From Squalus acanthias (lineage: Eukaryota): a DNA stretch of 64,000 nt. The notes under the pieces are model-generated. The model did no database searches, was not told the origin of the DNA, and saw only the letters and a program-made list of their open reading frames with translations. This document shows, piece after piece, positions 61,597-64,000 of the stretch. Position numbers and translations under genes: made by a program. Position 1 is the first letter of the stretch. Every line of letters starts with the position of its first letter. The stretch lies in the NCBI GenBank assembly GCA_030390025.1, contig CM059426.1, positions 94,922,001 to 94,986,000 on the forward strand, given 5' to 3'.

Positions 61597-63258
61597 AACT
61601 GCATTTCTCTTATTTGGAAGGAGGAGAGCATGCCAGGGGATTTCAGAGACGCCGTAATCGTGACCATCTTCAAGAAAGGTGACAAGTCCGATTGCGGTAA
61701 TTACAGAGGAGTCTCCCTGCTGTCTGCCACAGGGAAAGTCATCGCAAGAATCCTCCTCAATCGCCTTCTCCCAGTGGCTGAAGAGCTCCTCCCAGAGTCG
61801 CAATGCGGATTCCGCCCACTAAGGGGCACAATGGACATGATCTTCACCGCGCGTCAACTACAAGAGAAATGCAGGGAACAGCACCAACTGCTGTACATGG
61901 CCTTCTTTGACCTCTTCAACACCGTCAACCGTGAGGGATTATGGAGTGTCCTCCTCAAATTCGGCTGCCCTCAAAAGTTTGTCACCATCCTCCGCCTGCT
62001 TCACGATGACATGCAAGCCGTGATCCTGACCAACGGATCCACCACAGACCCAATTCACATACGGACCGGGGTCAAGCAAGGCTGTGTCATCGCACCAACG
62101 CTCTTCTCGCTCTTCCTGACTGCAATGCTCCATCTCACCCTCAGTAAGCTCCCTGCTGGAGGGGAGCTAATCTACAGAACAAACGGGAAACTGTTCAACC
62201 TCCATCGCCTCCAGTCCAGATCCAAGGTCATCCCATCCTCTGTCATCGAATTACAGTATGCAGACGACATTTGCGTCTGCGCACACTCTGAGGTCGAACT
62301 CCAAACCATCGTCAACACCTTCACCGAAGCGTACGAGAGCATGGGCCTTACACTAAACATCCGTAACACAAAGGTCCTCTACCAACCTGCTCCCGCCACA
62401 CAGTACTGCTCCCCAATTATCAAAATCCATGACGAGGCCTTGGACAACGTGGACCACTTTCCATAGCTCGGGAGCCTACTGTCAACAAAGGCAGACATCG
62501 ATGATGAAGTCCAACACCGCCTTCAGTGTGCCAGTGCAGCCTTCAGTCGCCTGAGGAAGAGAGTGTTTGAAGACCAGGACCTCAAACCCGGCACCAAGCT
62601 CATGGTCTACAGAGCAGTAGTGATACCCGCCCTCCTGTATGCTTCAGAGACATGGACCATGTACAGCATGCACCTCAAAGCACTGGAGAGGTACCACCAA
62701 CGCTGCCTCCGCAAGATCCTGTAAATCCATTGGCAGGATAGGTGCACCAACGTCAGTGTTCTTGCTCAGGCCAACATCCCCAGCATCGAAGCTTTGACCA
62801 CACTCGATCAGCTCCGATGGACAGGCCACATCGTCCGCATGCCCGATACAAGACTCCCAAAACAAGCGCTCTACTCGGAGCTTCAACACGGCAAGAGAGC
62901 CCCAGGTGGGCAGAGGAAACGCTTCAAGGACACCCTCAAAGCCTCCTTGAAAAAGTGTAACACCTGGGAATCCCTGTCCCAAGACCGCACAAAGTGGAGG
63001 AGAAGCATCCGGGAAGGCGCCGAACACCTCGAGTCTCTTCACCGGGAGCAAGTGGAAGCCAAGCACAAACAGTGGAAGGAGCGTACGTCAACCCAAGCAC
63101 CCCACCCACCTGCCCCTTCAACCACCGTCTACCCCACCTGTGACAGAGACTGTAGGTCCCGCATTGGACTCATCAGTCACCTGAGAACTCATTTTTAGTG
63201 TGGAAGCAAGTCATCCTCGGTTCCGAGGGACTGCCTAAGAAGAAGAAGAAGAAGAAGA
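61597..63258 (+). mobile_element. RTE-clade (BovB-like) LINE, 5'-truncated, few disruptions
   Basis: NYRGVSLLS, ESQCGFR, GVKQGCVIAPTLF, LQYADD, LRWTGHIVRM, C-terminal xxxC...HLRTH finger; (AGA)n tail at 63237-63258. Confidence 0.93.
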
Positions 63259-63419
63259 GTGTGTCCCTAGGTTTCAGATACTGTACTGGGGATCCTGGTG
63301 GTTTGAGAAATAAATATATTCAACCGAGAATTAATAGACATGTAAACATCAGATGAGTGTTTATTATCCTGAAATAATCCCATTTATGTGTAAAATCCAA
63401 CGTGTAGTAATAAAATCAA

Positions 63420-63690
63420 ACCATCAGGTCACTGAAGAAGTGAGGTGCTGTTCCCACCAGGGGGTGCCAAAGAGTCCCTCACTGCACCACACTTCACTCC
63501 CTCCTTCTGCTGTGACTCACATTCCACACCTGCTACTGTCCTCACTATTACTTCCTTCACTTCTCCACGCCTCTGCCACGTTTCGCACAATATCCACTCT
63601 AATCGCCGAAGACATGCACATCCTCAAAATGTATCACTGGGCTACCGTTACACACGCCCTTCTTTCTTTCAGGACAAGCTGAAAACATTA
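63420..63690 (+). mobile_element. Harbinger Myb-gene remnant (part of exon 1, intron, start of exon 2)
   Basis: gaggtgctgttcccaccagggg (EVLFPPG), pyrimidine-rich intron like those in elements 1 and 2, acceptor tctttcag|gacaagctg. Confidence 0.45.
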
Positions 63691-64000
63691 CAAGCCATAC
63701 TTCACTTCCTTCAGCAATGCAACGCCTTGTATCATATTTTCACATAAATCCTATCCTTCCTGTCAGAAGATGGGATGTACTTGATCACTGCAGTCATAAT
63801 TACTGTGACACTGGTACCACAAAGTATAATAACTTCTATCTTCTTAACAACAGGGTACAGATGCAGACAACCATCAAAAGTATGGTTGTCTCATGAAATT
63901 AACTCTGGTAACTGCTAAGAGCACAGAAAGACTCAAGTTATAGGACTGCCATGGTAAACAGTTTCAGGTAATGGTCAACTTCACAGACCCAGTGGACTTT

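Noticed and set aside
44413-64000. Additional upstream NSUN7 exons
   Set aside because: I looked by eye for the expected penultimate exon and found no convincing peptide with splice sites; it probably lies beyond the window, though a short exon could have been missed.

Overview
Eukaryotic, repeat-rich vertebrate DNA, most likely a cartilaginous fish (shark-type CR1 LINEs, a DeuSINE/SacSINE1-like SINE and many Harbinger elements). Two host genes lie tail-to-tail: the last five coding exons and a ~4 kb 3' UTR of APBB2 (Fe65-like 1, second PTB domain) on the + strand (6145-14072, likely poly(A) signal at 18222), and the last coding exon of NSUN7 on the - strand (43184-43819) with a >20 kb intron running off the window. 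The rest is largely transposable elements: CR1 and L2 LINEs (one near full-length CR1 nested in an older CR1), two RTE fragments, DeuSINE copies, two decayed two-gene PIF/Harbinger transposons (DDE transposase plus spliced Myb/SANT gene), an internally deleted Harbinger that leaves a 69-aa mini-transposase ORF, at least six ~0.7-0.8 kb Harbinger-type MITEs with varied 3-bp TSDs, a degenerate DIRS tyrosine-recombinase retroelement fossil, and a 35-bp G-rich minisatellite. There is no CRISPR array or prokaryotic system. All identifications come from reading the sequence and remembered family motifs; no database searches were run.
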